Assembly (NCBI GenBank): GCA_010093815.1
Contig: ML996574.1
DNA: 64,000 nucleotides
Source: Pseudovirgaria hyperparasitica
Lineage: Eukaryota
Reading direction: 5' to 3' (one strand)
Shown here one piece after another: positions 36,387-49,121 of the stretch. The position numbers were made by a program, and so were the translations under genes. The notes below the pieces were generated by a model. That model ran no database searches and was not told where the DNA came from. It was given only the letters and a program-made list of their open reading frames with translations. Every line of letters starts with the position of its first letter. The stretch's first letter is position 1.

Positions 36387-39300
36387 ATGGCGTATCCAGA
36401 TAACCAGTCTCCAAGGAGAATGCCCCCGCGAACACACTCCAATTTTATGGCTCGAACAGCTCTCGACAACGCATCACAGTTGAACCGCCGAGGCTCTGTA
36501 GCCGCTCTATCTCCCTCACCAGAAGATGAATCTGGGTCAGCAGAGCAAGATGCTCTCACACTTCGAACTGATGGGTTTGCTCAGCTGAGATCTCATACCG
36601 AGAGTCACATGTCTTACTTTTCGTCTTTCTTCAATTGGTCTCGCCAGGAAGCCAGCAGTACACTCAGGCACCGAAGACCTTCAACTCAACCTTTACTCAG
36701 ACCAGAAATAGGGCACCACAGGCGTAGGCACGATGTTAAGAAAGGTCGCAGTAGCTCTTATCCGAATCCATCAGGAACATCCGCCAAACTAGGGACCTTC
36801 GCTGGTGCTTTTGTACCAACGAGTCTGAACGTGCTCAGTATCCTCATGTTTCTTCGTTTTGGGTTCATTACTGGGCAAGCAGGTCTTGTAGGGACCCTTG
36901 GTGAGTCCATCTACGCCCGATCAATCATTTGAAACAGTCTTTGGGTTCGGTGCCAACAACCTTGTACACAGTGCATCAACCTGTGCGCTCCTCAGAGGCT
37001 CCCTCTGTTATCGCCACGACCGTTGTGGCCATTGTACCATGTAATCACGCGATGATGCTGGAGAGTCTTGTAGACGCGGCCTAGATATTTTGTACCTCCC
37101 AGCACAAGTCTAGTTCTAACGTTATCCATATAGGGATGCTTATTGCTTGCTATGCTATCAATCTATTGACGACCATTGCTCTGTCAGCCATTGCGACCAA
37201 TGGAACAGTCAGAGGAGGGGGAGCATACTATCTTATATCCAGAAGTCTTGGTAAATGTGTTTGAATTTACATAAGAATGTGAACTGACATGAGCTTAGGT
37301 CCTGAATTTGGTGGGTCTATAGGGATCGTTTTCTATGCTGGCAACGTTTTTAACTGTGCAATGAACGCTGTGGGTCTCGTTGATTGCTTCGTTGAGAATT
37401 TTGGTGCTACTAACGGTAACTGGTCACAATGGATGCCAGACGACTTTTGGTACAGATATATCTGGTCGACAGTGGTGCTAATAATGTGCACGGCCATATG
37501 TCTAGCAGGGAGTGGGCTTTTTACCAGAGCTAGTAACGGCCTCCTGTTAATCCTTCTCCTGGCAACTTTCAGTATCCCATTTTCGACTCTGATAGTGGCG
37601 CCATTTGAGAATTTGAAGCAGGGCGTAGAATACACTGGCTTGCGTGTTGAAACCCTTCGCCAGAACCTATTCCCACATTTTACAAAGGGTGCTGCTGGGA
37701 GCCAGCTCAAAACTCGCGAGACCTGGCAAGATCTGTTTGGCATCTTGTTTCCTGCTACGGGAGGTATATTTGCGTACGTACTAATCAGATATAATTCGGT
37801 GTAGAAGCTAATATAGCTATGTAGCGGTGCCAGCATGTCTGGCGATCTCAAACACCCCAGCAAGGCAATACCGAAAGGCACGCTTTACGGACTTCTGCTC
37901 ACTTTCATATCCTATTTTCTTGTCATTCTGTCGCTCACAGCAACAATCACAAGGGAGTCGCTACGACGCAACACCAATGTCATCCAACTGGTATGTCATG
38001 TTCCCTCGAGGAAGTTATTCTCACGCAACATAGACAAACGTATCAGAAGTTCTTGTTTTCCTCGGCGAGATTGCAACAAGTCTTTTCTCATCTCTACTAG
38101 GTGTCATTGGATCAGCAAAACTCCTCCAGGCTCTTTCCAGGGATAACCTTCTGCCAGGTCTCGGAGTCTTCAGCCAAGGCACCAAAAAGGCTGACGAGCC
38201 AACCTACGCGATTCTGTTCACATACTTGTTGGCACAAGCTACGATGCTATTCGACATCAACCAAATTGCATCGCTCATAACAATGATCTATTTGATGACA
38301 TTTCTATCGACTAATTTAGCCTGCTTCCTCCTTAAGATAAGCTCAGCGCCAAATTTCAGACCGAGCTTCAGGTATTTCTCATGGCCGACTGCAGCAGCAG
38401 GTACATTGATCAGCGGTGCCACTATGTTTTTTGTTGATGGCATTGCTGCGTCTGTCTGTGTGGTGGTGCTTATTACCATTTTCGTTCTCATACACTACAC
38501 GACTCCCCCAAAGACTTGGGGCGATGTCAGCCAGAGTCTGATCTACCACCAAGGTAAGATAGCAGCTCTGACAATTAGATTACTACCAAAGCTAATCTTT
38601 CCCAAGTGCGAAAGTATCTCTTGCGTCTACGACCGGAGCATGTAAAGTTCTGGAGGCCGCAAATCCTCCTCCTCATCAATGACCCTCGGAAACAGTACAA
38701 GCTTATTCAATTCTGCAACTCATTAAAGAAAGGAGCCTTGTTTATCTTGGGGCATGTCATCATAACCCCAGACTTCAGTAGCACAGTCCCAGAAGCTCGC
38801 CGACAACAGGCGACTTGGACCAAATACATTGACTTTTCTAGGATTAAGGCCTTTGTAAATATTGCGGTTTCCCCTGCTCTGGAATGGGGTGCTCGAAACT
38901 TAGTTCTTAGCGCTGGACTCGGTGGTATGCGCCCGAACATCGTAGTCTTGGGCTTCTACAATTTGACCGAGTTGCGAGAGTCTATACCGATAGTCGATCT
39001 ATATTCCTCACTGTCGACCAGGCCAGGATCCACACAGGAAGATCGCCAATCGAAACATCTATCGAAGAAGGCACATAAGAAACACGATGATAAACTCAGT
39101 GGAGTCCTACCTACAGATCTTGACCGTAGAGAACATGCCATCAGCGCATCAAGCTACGTTACTGTTCTGGAGGATCTGCTACTTAGATTGAAAATCAATG
39201 TCGCTGTTGCGAAGGGATTCCATGAATTGGAGCTTCCGGGACCGAAACCTTCTACAACAGAACAATTGTTACGATATCTATTTCCGAGCGATCAAGATGA

Positions 39301-40851
39301 AGGCGAAAGTGCTCAGAGGTATATCGATCTTTGGCCAATTCAAATGTCTGCCACTACAGAAGTCGAAGATGGTACGGAGAATGGAAAGAGTAAACATGAC
39401 GTTCTGACCACGAACTTCGATACTTATACACTAATCTTACAGCTCGGCTGTATCTTGACTACAGTACCATCATATGCCAGGACTTTTAAGCTACGTGTCA
39501 TAGTGTTCGTAGAATATGAGAGCGATGTGGAGGAGGAACGCGGACGTGTCGTCACTTTACTGTCGAACTTGCGAATCAACGCCGAAGTATTGGTTCTCTG
39601 GCTGGCGTCTGGACAGCTCAAAACCTATGAGGTAAAGTTCTCCTTTCGAGCAGGTGGTCGAATGGTAGCTCACGATACTAGATTATCATCAACGGGAGTA
39701 CAGATGGGAACAATGCTGATGCTATTCGCTTAGTAGATGATGCTCTGAGCAACGAAGACTGGTGGCAAGATGTCGAGAGACTGCGAGGTCGTCGTGGCTC
39801 ATTGAGTACCAGCCAAGAGCTAGCTAGTGTGACCGGTATTCTTGACGCGACGCAAAATTGGCCAGATGCATCTTTCCAATATGGTCGGCAGGAGCCCAAG
39901 ACTTCGAGATTCGATGGTCTACGAAAGATGATACGTCGGGTAAAGGGCAAGTCTTCTGTTGGGCAGATAAGCCATCTCGGTGTCAATCTCGGAATGCGTA
40001 CGCAGAGACTACCAGCAAGTCTAGTGTCTGCGCATAGTAGTGGGGAAGATTCTAGCCCGAGCGACAGTGATGATTCTACCGTGGAGTGCTCGGACAGTGA
40101 TGAACATGCTGTTAGCGATGAAGATGTTCCAGACGACAGCAGGTCTGTGTCTCCTCGTCAGCAAATGATCAGTGCTGGCTCCTTGTCCAGTAGGCATGAC
40201 GGATCACCAAAAACCTCTCATGCTAGGCTTGTAGATGGCAATGGATCACCAAGCCACGAACAGAACGCACATGCGTCGCCCAGTAACTCGATTTTGGGTT
40301 CCAGTCTCAAAGGGAATTCTATTAACTCGGGCACTTCAACACCACGTCGATTACAGAACTTGCCGAAATTCACGGCAAAAACTCAGCCCAAAACAAAGCT
40401 TAACCCTGATGCCGACGAGGGACCATCCATTATGTTTGACTCACCTTCACCTGATGAAGCACGAAATCCAGGTCCTTCGATCTATGACCGCACTGCTCGC
40501 GCCGCCATCGCCACAGTAAGCCCTGCAAATCTTTCAGAATCATCGTCCATGACTGCGGCAGCATCGACCTCAAAGACCAATGCATCTGGCTTCCCTTCGA
40601 TGCAATCGATTCCCCTTAGTTTCAATGACTTACCGTCTCGAGCACAACATCTGATCCTCAATGAGTTGATCAGTCAGAATTCAGCACAGACAGCTGTTAT
40701 ATTCACGACACTACCCAGCCCAACAGAGGGTACCGGCGAAAGCGAGTTGGATAGTATCAGCTACTTGAGTGACCTGGAGGTCCTGACTCTTGGATTGCCA
40801 CCAACGTTGTTGGTACACTCGAATAGTTTGACTGTAACTATGAATTTATAA
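36387..40851 (+). CDS. VHC1: Cation-chloride cotransporter (SLC12/Vhc1)
   Basis: [110 protein letters not shown]-terminal LPPTLLVH; multi-exon. Confidence 0.92.
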
Positions 40852-41151
40852 GAGCCTCGAGTATTTCTTGGCTAAAGGGGCATTATCATGTTCTGCGCGG
40901 ATAAGCACCTAAATGTATGATTATTATGATCACTCTATCTCAGTAGGTTAAGCGTTCGTGTATACAATGAAAGATTTCTGCGCTAGTATGTTGTGTGCAT
41001 CTTTGAGCATAGCGGTATCATGCCAACTGAGGATCTGAACGTTCGTGGATCCTCCACGGCCGATCCGTGTCCAGGTATCAAGTAGGGCTCAGTACAAGAG
41101 TTCATCGTCGCATTACTATCTACGCGTCGGCACTTATAAGTCTCAGTAGCC

Positions 41152-41701
41152 ATGTCAGAAGAAGCAGTAGAGACACAAGCAGTCAAAGTTGCAACAGAAG
41201 GTACGTGCTGCTCGCGACTCCTATAAGATCGAATACATTCCTGACTGCAAAAATCCTGTAGCTGCGGAAGCTTTCACAGACGCCTTCTACACTGCACTCC
41301 AAGGCTCTCGGCATACACTTGCGGACTACTATATTCCGCATCAGACACTGCCCGATGGCAAGATAGTCCCCAAAATCGCCTGGAACGGCAATGTCCTCCA
41401 CGACGGACCCGCGGTCCAGACCTTCTTCGAGAACGAAATGCCCTTTACACACTACCAAGTGCATTCGCTCAATTGCCATATCCTCAAAGTTGCTCCCATT
41501 CAGCCGCCACCTACGAACCCGCGAGACGTAGAGAGGAATTTTTCCATCATCATAACGGTCAACGGCGATGTAAGACTAGAGGAGGCCACGAAAGGACCAT
41601 TGAGAGGGTTCGCAGAGAGCTTTGTCATGGTACCGAACACGAATCCGAAAGTTGGGCATAGCTGGGTCATACAGGCGCAGAACTTTAGATATGTTGTCTG
41701 A
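41152..41701 (+). CDS. NXT1: NTF2-related export protein (Nxt1/p15-like)
   Basis: Exon1 41152-41200, intron 41201-41261; AAEAFTDAFYTAL, IAWNGN, YQVHSLNCH, VNGDVRL, RGFAESFVMVP, WVIQAQNFRYVV. Confidence 0.85.
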
Positions 41702-42305
41702 GCGGTCGAATATAGGCAGCACATTGTTTCTGTGGAAAGTCCCGCTGCCTATGGTAAGCACGATTTGGGTGAAATGGTGCTAGGAAGCTGAATTGAGCGC
41801 AAAATCGAGGAAAGAGTTGTTTGTTACTGCGAATCATGAGCGAAACTCTTACTGGCAACCACATATGGACTCTCGACACTCTCCTATGCTGATACCCATG
41901 AGTCCAACGAACAACATAATATGACCAGGACTATATCATAGAAAGAAGCCAAACTACCCTTGATGAGTCAAGGATGGCACTCAAAGAAACCTGAATATGA
42001 CGTGAAGGCTATAACGGAGTGTCCGCCCTACCAGTTCAGCCTCCTGCGTAGTTGTTACTCCTGGAAGCTGGCAAGAACTACGTCACGGCCACGCCCTGTT
42101 CACTTGAGCCTACGCCGTTCCAGGGAACATCCACAGTTAGGCTGCCCTTGCTTCAGCCTTAAATGGAGAAGCAGCACTTAACATAGAATCTATGAGCGAG
42201 GTCTTTTGTCCTGCTGTACCTACAACTCACTGGTATCCGTGGTGAGTTTCCTGGCCTTTTTTTCCCTCAAAGCCACATCCCTGCCAGCACTTCGAGGCTA
42301 TCAAC

Positions 42306-43955
42306 ATGAGATGCTTCGAAGCGGGCTCCGATCGCTCAGCCGAAGTATGGATCGCGGTTAATGGAGAGAAGCGACGTGAGTACAATTCACGCCAAGATGA
42401 CGAGGATGATGCTCTTTGCTGTTTCGTACCTGTCAACAATTCCGAGAACTTGGCAATTTGCGTCGATTTCACTGGGCCGACCAACGAATACTACGTTGAC
42501 ATCTTCGTGGATGGCCTCTTGCGCAATTGCGTCAAAAAGAAGAAGACGTCTAAAGAGGAACATTATTTCGACGCTGCCACCGCCAAGAAACCCGCCATTC
42601 TCTGCTCTTCTGGCTTATCTTGGAATGGGAACCAATTATATGAGTGTCCAATGAAAGTTGTCGCGTTGACCCGGGAGCTTGTCGCCGACATTGATGTGCA
42701 TGGATCTGAAGACATTGGTGTCATCGAGATACGCTTGTCAGTGCTTCGAAGAGGTGGCGAACGATACAAACTCGACACCGACGAAGTCAGACACGCGTTC
42801 CAACGGAGCAAAGCTTCTTGCCCCGAAAGAAAGCCCGTCGCTACAAACAGAGACGACCTGGACCCAACCCACGAGATTGAGTTCACTGCCACTGCTGAGG
42901 GGTCAAAGTCGCGCACTTCTAAGAACGGGAAACTTCATGTGAACAAACTTTTGAACAATCATCGTCCGGGGGCTCTCCCATGGGCTATATTCAAGTTCTA
43001 CTATCGTTCACAGGGTGAGTTGAGGCTCGTGTCCATTGGTCCATCAACTAATCCTTTCGAATCAGACGAGATCGAAAGGACTCTTGATTTCGATGTTGAG
43101 GCTGAATCCATAGGCTTTTGCTTGGCCGTAGATCCTGTCAACATTTCTCAAATGTCGCTCCTCAAAACTAATAATGGCAACACATCTAGTATCAGGGCTA
43201 TGCCAGCTTTGGGTCTATGGACCGATAGCATTCAGCCTCAATATTTAGATGTGACTAAAGAGTCCATTCCCAGTAAGCTAGTTTCACTCGACGCGGCGGC
43301 CAACGAGCGTAGCGAAATCCAAGATGGCAGAGCTTCGAGTCAGGCACATTTGAATCAAGACGGTGATAGTCGGAAGGGGGATGAGCCTAGCTCGTTGCGT
43401 CACAACTATCCTCTAGCTCACTCGACTGTCATTGTCGAACGTCCTAGTACAACAATCGAAGCTCTGTTAACGCAAGAGACTGCGGTGATAGAAAACATCG
43501 TTGGGCCGCCAGCAGCTTGCGCCCCGGTTGCTGTGATGATGCGGACCCACTCGCTCAAGCCGGCACCAGACGGTCTCGATATTTCTCGACAGCGCACAGA
43601 TGAGGCGGCTCAGCCACTCACGTCACATTTGAAGCGTACCAAATCTGAACTCCTTTCCAGCATACCCAAGCGTACCAGGACCGAAACCTCAGAGTCTGAA
43701 AGACGAGCTCACAAGCTTACTGAGAAGCGCCAGCACCTTGCAGAACAGATACGGAAGACTAAGCAGTCGCAAAACTTGGCACAAAAGCGCAAGGAAGCGT
43801 ACTACAAGAAACAGGAAGAAGTCGATAACAAAGAACTTGCCAAGCTTGACGACCAGCTCAAAGAAGCCCTTGAGGCTCAGGGAGAATACGATCGAGAGAT
43901 TGCAGGATACGAAGCCTCCTGGAAGGAACTGACTGACTCGGAGATGGAAGCTTAA
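42306..43955 (+). CDS. Hypothetical fungal protein (beta-rich N-terminal DUF-type domain, disordered middle, C-terminal coiled coil)
   Basis: 549-codon ORF with VDIFVDG, IGVIEIRL, FKFYYRS; probable in-frame 51-nt intron 43015-43065 (GTGAGT..CTAAT..CAG). Confidence 0.7.
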   Translation: MRCFEAGSDRSAEVWIAVNGEKRREYNSRQDDEDDALCCFVPVNNSENLAICVDFTGPTNEYYVDIFVDGLLRNCVKKKKTSKEEHYFDAATAKKPAILCSSGLSWNGNQLYECPMKVVALTRELVADIDVHGSEDIGVIEIRLSVLRRGGERYKLDTDEVRHAFQRSKASCPERKPVATNRDDLDPTHEIEFTATAEGSKSRTSKNGKLHVNKLLNNHRPGALPWAIFKFYYRSQGELRLVSIGPSTNPFESDEIERTLDFDVEAESIGFCLAVDPVNISQMSLLKTNNGNTSSIRAMPALGLWTDSIQPQYLDVTKESIPSKLVSLDAAANERSEIQDGRASSQAHLNQDGDSRKGDEPSSLRHNYPLAHSTVIVERPSTTIEALLTQETAVIENIVGPPAACAPVAVMMRTHSLKPAPDGLDISRQRTDEAAQPLTSHLKRTKSELLSSIPKRTRTETSESERRAHKLTEKRQHLAEQIRKTKQSQNLAQKRKEAYYKKQEEVDNKELAKLDDQLKEALEAQGEYDREIAGYEASWKELTDSEMEA

Positions 43956-44252
43956 CGTCATTCTGCGGTATGGTATGAGCTACTTCTTTGAACTTATGGG
44001 CGCGCGTCTTTATGCTTTTTGGTATCTGGTTATCTGATAAGCCTTAGGTATGGATGCCTCTAGGTTTTACTATATGGGTCGAGGCTCAATTTGAGCAGAA
44101 TTTAGCGTATCGAAAGCTCAATTAGGAATACATTCATTACGCGACATATGGACTTGAAGTGTTGTGGGAAGTATGAATGTCCCATGTTGGTCCCTTTCAT
44201 CTTCAATCACAGTCTCGAACTGTGGACATCTCTCGACTCCTATAACGGTACC

Positions 44253-44737
44253 CTAGTTTTGCACTGGCGGACGCATATTTGCCTCAACCCTAGCCAGAAG
44301 CTCTGCGCGTGTCGATGTCTCCCCAGGATAAAGATTGCGCTGCATTAGCGTAAGAATATGTAGTAGACCATCAGCAATGTCAACAGGCTTAGACCTACAG
44401 CTTTCAGCCATCGACGCATCTGATCTTCGGTCCAATCTTTGGGATCTGGTCATGGTAAGAGACGGCGTGCTAATCTAGGCTTTCAGTGTCTTGCCACCAC
44501 TTGGATCTGCCTCAGGAGGGAACATGGGGCCAGATCCCCATATTGTCCATGCACCGACGGCGGCGACGATGCCGGCAAAAGCTGGAACTTAGTTAGTATC
44601 ACGAAAGACTATAAGTCCTTCGAATAAACCCACCTATAAATGCACTCTGAGGTATACTAGTTAGCCAAGATCATTCTCACTTGTGCTTTCCCGCTTCATA
44701 CCTTGGATTGAGTTGCTCGATCGAGTGGAGTAGGCAT
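44253..44737 (-). CDS. Conserved small fungal membrane protein (89 aa, TM helix + HeH/LEM/Ish1-like tail; only a fragment in ORF track)
   Basis: Five exons 44737-44702, 44646-44634, 44581-44495, 44445-44399, 44339-44253 give MPTPLDRATQSKSAFIAFAGIVAAVGAWTIWGSGPMFPPEADPSGDPKDWTEDQMRRWLKARNLYPGETSTRAELLARVEANMRPPVQN. Confidence 0.88.
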
Positions 44738-45019
44738 TGTAATGAAAGGGCAATGGCGGACTGCTTTTCAAACGATTGAGTATCTAGAGACAGGTCAGGC
44801 TTCAAGCAAACTGTCCTTATTACCACTGGCACCAGGCAACGCCCGAGAACCGTCGTCATTTCTGCCAAGCCCGAATTAACGCCACTGTGGCTCATCAGCT
44901 CACTGCACTAGCCTCACTGACTTAGCGAAATTCCGCCCACACATTCTTTTGCCGACCTTTGACGACTCCAGACGACGAAAATCGACATCTACGAATCTCG
45001 ACCCTCACACTCGCCCACC

Positions 45020-45493
45020 ATGCCTCAAGAAGTCACCGACATCAAGAAATTCCTCGAGATCTGCAGGCGCAAGGATGCTTCCTGTGAGTGTCACCCTCTG
45101 GGCCCCAAAATTTCAATCGGCGCATGGTCTCGGTGGAGAAGTGTGAAGAACGCTTAGGAGGACATGTGCAATATTGCGAGCGACAGGACCGTGATAGCTG
45201 ATTTAGGTCGCTGCATTGGGAGTACTGAGCAAGATTGCTGACAAGTTGCGTGTTCTCAGCTGCCCGGATAAAGAAGAGCAGCAAATCCAACCAGATCAAG
45301 TTCAAGGTCCGCTGCCACCGCCACTTGTACACACTCGTCCTCAAGGACAACGAGAAGTCGGAGAAGCTCAAGCAGAGTCTGCCACCTAGTACGCTCCTCT
45401 CTACAGCCGATTCGGAGCTACTTCTAACTTCGACACGCAGCCTTACAAATCACCGACATCCAGAAGAAGAACCCTAAGGGCAAACGCGCATGA
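45020..45493 (+). CDS. RPL38: 60S ribosomal protein eL38
   Basis: Exons 45020-45083, 45260-45388, 45441-45493: [52 protein letters not shown]. Confidence 0.96.
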
Positions 45494-45811
45494 GGGATGA
45501 GTCGGCAAGGCGGTGAAAAGAAATGGGTGCATCCAAGATCCTTGGGTGGGAGTTTGTGGCTTTCCATATACTGCGTGCATGGTATTAACGGATCCGGCAT
45601 CGAGTGTGTCACGATGCACGCCGATGCGGCTTTGTAGGAATTGCAATTGAAGCCGATTCTTGCATGCATGGACATACTGTATTGTGATTGTGAAGCCTGT
45701 GATAAAATACTAAATTGAGTTATTGTTTAAAGGGTCTAGGAATGAAGAGAAAGTACAATGGGTATCCTATTCCGCAAGAGCGCACACGAGAAGAAGAATC
45801 AAGCACAACGA

Positions 45812-47005
45812 TTAGATTTTCCCGGCCTGCGGAATACACTCATTACTGAGCTTTCTCACTCCCTCCTGGGATTCACGCGTCCAGCCCGCATCCTCCATCA
45901 TATTTGTAAACGTTGTGTCTCGCGTTATCGACCGTCCATCTCCTGGGGCAGATAGGCCAGGCACTTGCAAGAACGAAGGCGCCGGCATCAACACATCTAT
46001 CGTCTCTAAGCTGCCACTTCTTGGCAGCGGGCTGCGCTCTTTCATCGATCTGCGAGATGGTTTCGAGGTGAAGTTTACCAATGGGGGTGGCCGTGGTGAG
46101 TCCTGCTGCACCTTCGGCGACCGAGTAAATAAGGAGCGTACCTTTGGCGTACGGAGGATCGTGTTGCGCGGGCGGCTGACACTCGTACCGTTAAGGAGCG
46201 TGTTCGTGTCGCCCGTGGAGTTCTTCGTCGACGTCGTTCCGCGGCGAATAAAGTCAACTCGGGTAGCGTGGGCGGAGTCATAGATCGGGTCGCTGATCTG
46301 ACGACTCACACGTCCGAGGTTTCTGTTCGAACGTGCAGAGCTGAGTGACTGGCGGCGCCTCTTGATGGCCCAAAGCATGGCGAGGGTCAGGAGGACACCC
46401 AGGATCATTCCGGGGAAGAATCCTGCAGCTATGGCTCCACCGGGGAAGGCATTGCGTTCTTTTTTGCTGCCAGATTCGGCCGGAATAGCGGTAGGATGAG
46501 AATCTGCTGTAGTGGAAGGACCGCTTGTTGGTGAAGGGGTGAGGGACACGGTCCCATTCGGCGAAGACATGGCTATACAAACAGTATCCTGGCATTCAAA
46601 ACCGAGTGGACAACATGCTTTACCACAAGTCGGAAGCTTGATGCTGAGATCTGAAAGATGGACTTGATTCCCCGGGAAAGCCGTTGCGTTCTGCTGCTGA
46701 ATATCGCAGGTGATCGGCTGAATGGCCTCACAACCTTGACTGCCCAGTGGGCAGCAGAGGACTGAGGTCGCACCGCCAGAGCTAAACTTATTACATGTTG
46801 AACCTTTACTACAGCAGAAGTCCGATGGGAGACCGTTGCCGCATTGCTCGAGGTTGGCGACTCCGTTACATGTTTGTTGATCTTGCCTGTGGAGAAGATT
46901 GATGGATCTGGCAGCATTCAAGGCAGTCGTGAGAGCGTGAGTAGATGGTACAACTGTAGAAATTAAACAGATGAAAGACAGCTTCTCGAATGTAGACCGT
47001 GGCAT
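45812..47005 (-). CDS. Single-pass membrane protein with signal peptide, Cys-rich ectodomain and S/T stalk (cell-surface sensor-like)
   Basis: Signal-like N-terminus, CC/C-rich region (LPSDFCC, SVLCCP, CGKACCP), TM AIAAGFFPGMILGVLLTLAMLWAI followed by KRRR, cytosolic ISDPIY and RDTTFT. Confidence 0.85.
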   Translation of the reverse strand: MPRSTFEKLSFICLISTVVPSTHALTTALNAARSINLLHRQDQQTCNGVANLEQCGNGLPSDFCCSKGSTCNKFSSGGATSVLCCPLGSQGCEAIQPITCDIQQQNATAFPGNQVHLSDLSIKLPTCGKACCPLGFECQDTVCIAMSSPNGTVSLTPSPTSGPSTTADSHPTAIPAESGSKKERNAFPGGAIAAGFFPGMILGVLLTLAMLWAIKRRRQSLSSARSNRNLGRVSRQISDPIYDSAHATRVDFIRRGTTSTKNSTGDTNTLLNGTSVSRPRNTILRTPKVRSLFTRSPKVQQDSPRPPPLVNFTSKPSRRSMKERSPLPRSGSLETIDVLMPAPSFLQVPGLSAPGDGRSITRDTTFTNMMEDAGWTRESQEGVRKLSNECIPQAGKI

Positions 47006-47564
47006 GATGGACGCAGCGTTGAAGTGACTGAGAAATGCTGGACTATCGGATATGCTCGCAGAGAAAACAAATGGGGTATCAGGAGAAAACAGCAGAGTCT
47101 AAGAACGAATCGTAAGATGCAGAGAAGACTGAAAAGAGCGGCGAAGCGCTTCGATCATATAGCAAAACATTCCCTAGCGTCATGATGGCATGGCGAACGG
47201 CACAAGGACGTCAAGCGACGAGGAAGTGAGCCCTAGTCAATAGTGCCAGCGCAATGCTTTGACTAGATACCTACAGGCGCCGGGCAGGCGACAAGTTCGA
47301 AACACATTTGGGATCTCTTGGAGGATATGGCCATGCTAAGTCAGCAGCACGACAGGACGAAAGCTCGCGATTGTAATGTAGGGCGAGCGGCTCTACGTTT
47401 GAGGTTGTGGTGTTGACCATGCGTCCGGTGCTATGATTGGCCTGTGCAATGGGCAAACCTCGCCTGATCCCTAGAAAGCAGCACTAGCGTGGTGGGTGCG
47501 GACTCCCGAACGCGATCCTCGTAAGTTTTGCCAGACGACGTCCGGAAGCTTCAATTGCCTAACA

Positions 47565-48635
47565 ATGCTGATACGACGGTTCGCGCGGCCGCAGGCCTTG
47601 TTTCAAACAAAGGGAGGCCTATGTGAGGTATGTCTAGCACCATCAACGATTTCTTGAGTAATGGTGACATTTACTAACGACAACATTACAGAGTTGCGCT
47701 CAAGCGGCCCCGTCATGGGCTGCGAAGAAGCGACTCTTTCATCCTAGTCCCTCGCGACTTGCCGTAATGGACATACCCAAGCTGGATAACGAGCTTGATA
47801 TGCGTGAAAATGGGATCAAAAATCTCTACACACCCGCAGGATTCGCGCTTGCATGGACAGACTACCAGTCAAGAATGCTGCGCATACTGAACAGCCAGAT
47901 CGCCGGTACGCATTGGCTTAATGCACACAACTCATCTTTGCGCTCGGAGCGACGCTGATGTATTTCTGTGCAGAAACCAGATTGGCAGACAGCACCCCAT
48001 TCGCTTTAATCCAACAGACCGCTCGCGAGCCTACACTCGCCCACATCTTCAACCATGCCTCTATGTTATGGAACAACCATTTCTACTTTAGCGGTATTTC
48101 GACCGAAGACGTTGGAATCGATGATTCCACCCAGGGCAAGATGCCCGAGAGACTGAGAAACGACATTGAAATCAACTTTGGTTCCGTCGACAACTTTGCC
48201 ACCGCCTTCATCGGCCATGCACAAGCCATGTTCGGCCCTGGTTATGTCTGGCTGGTGCGTAGCCATGACAAGACGGAAATATCGTTCAAGATTCTCACTA
48301 CGTACGCGGCTGGCTCTCCGCTGAGCAGTGCCCACTATCGACAGCAGTCAATAGAGCCCGGCACGACCTCGTTTGGCGGTGACCCGCGCGCGCCCACTGT
48401 GGAGAGCGCGTTAGATCAGCAGAGCGCCGGACACATTGGAAAGTATGCGGGTAATGGAGCAAGAGAAGGCCTTTACGGACAATCTCGGCATGACCCGGTG
48501 CTGTGTGTCAGTACTTGGGAGCATTCGTACATTGAAGGGTTCTTGCTAGATAAGGATGCTTTCCTTTTTAGATGGTGGCACCGAATCAACTGGCAAAAGG
48601 TCGATCAGAGGACTAGGGGTGCATCTAGTAAATAA
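47565..48635 (+). CDS. Mitoribosomal Fe/Mn-SOD-fold protein (mS42/Rsm26 or mS43/Mrp1 family)
   Basis: Arg-rich presequence; LAWTDYQ, HIFNHASMLWNNHFYF, AMFGPGYVWLV, LTTYAAGSP, LCVSTWEHSY..WWHRINW; SOD metal ligands not intact; introns ~47628-47691 and ~47906-47973. Confidence 0.82.
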
Positions 48636-49121
48636 CGGTAAACCCTATGTTGGCAGGGTGCGATCTGTGGATCTACTCTGTGTAATAGTATGTAGCTTCT
48701 TGTACAAAATCAATAGACGTAAGATCAAGGCTATGGCTGTATGTTTCGGGCTTTGCCTAGTGCACATGTAGCAGGAGAGGATGGCTACTAAGACTTGCAT
48801 TCATTCAGTCCTAGCCTGGTCGGCATAAGGGAATCCGCGGCCTGGGACTAGGCATGCCCTACTAATATAGCTAGAAACAAGACAGAAAATGCTCGCCCAA
48901 ATGATGGAGTAAGATGTGACAAAGACAATCGGTGGAACAACGGGTATCAAGGACAAACCCTTCCAAGAACAGCACACTCAAGTCCGGCCCAAGAGAACAA
49001 AACGCATTCAAAGAGAAGACTGACCTATCAAGTCCGATTAGTACCTCAGACGCCGCAGTCATGCCAAGAAGTTATAGAGATATAAAAATTATGATTATCA
49101 GGCCGGCCGCTTCCTCGCCGG

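Noticed and set aside
41958..41992. TGATGAG...GAAAC hammerhead-like core
   Set aside because: Lacks the conserved C of CUGANGA, and stems I-III cannot be formed properly.
47565..48635. Active Fe/Mn superoxide dismutase
   Set aside because: The N-terminal His ligand motif and the DxWEH Asp are absent; it matches the mitoribosomal SOD-fold proteins.
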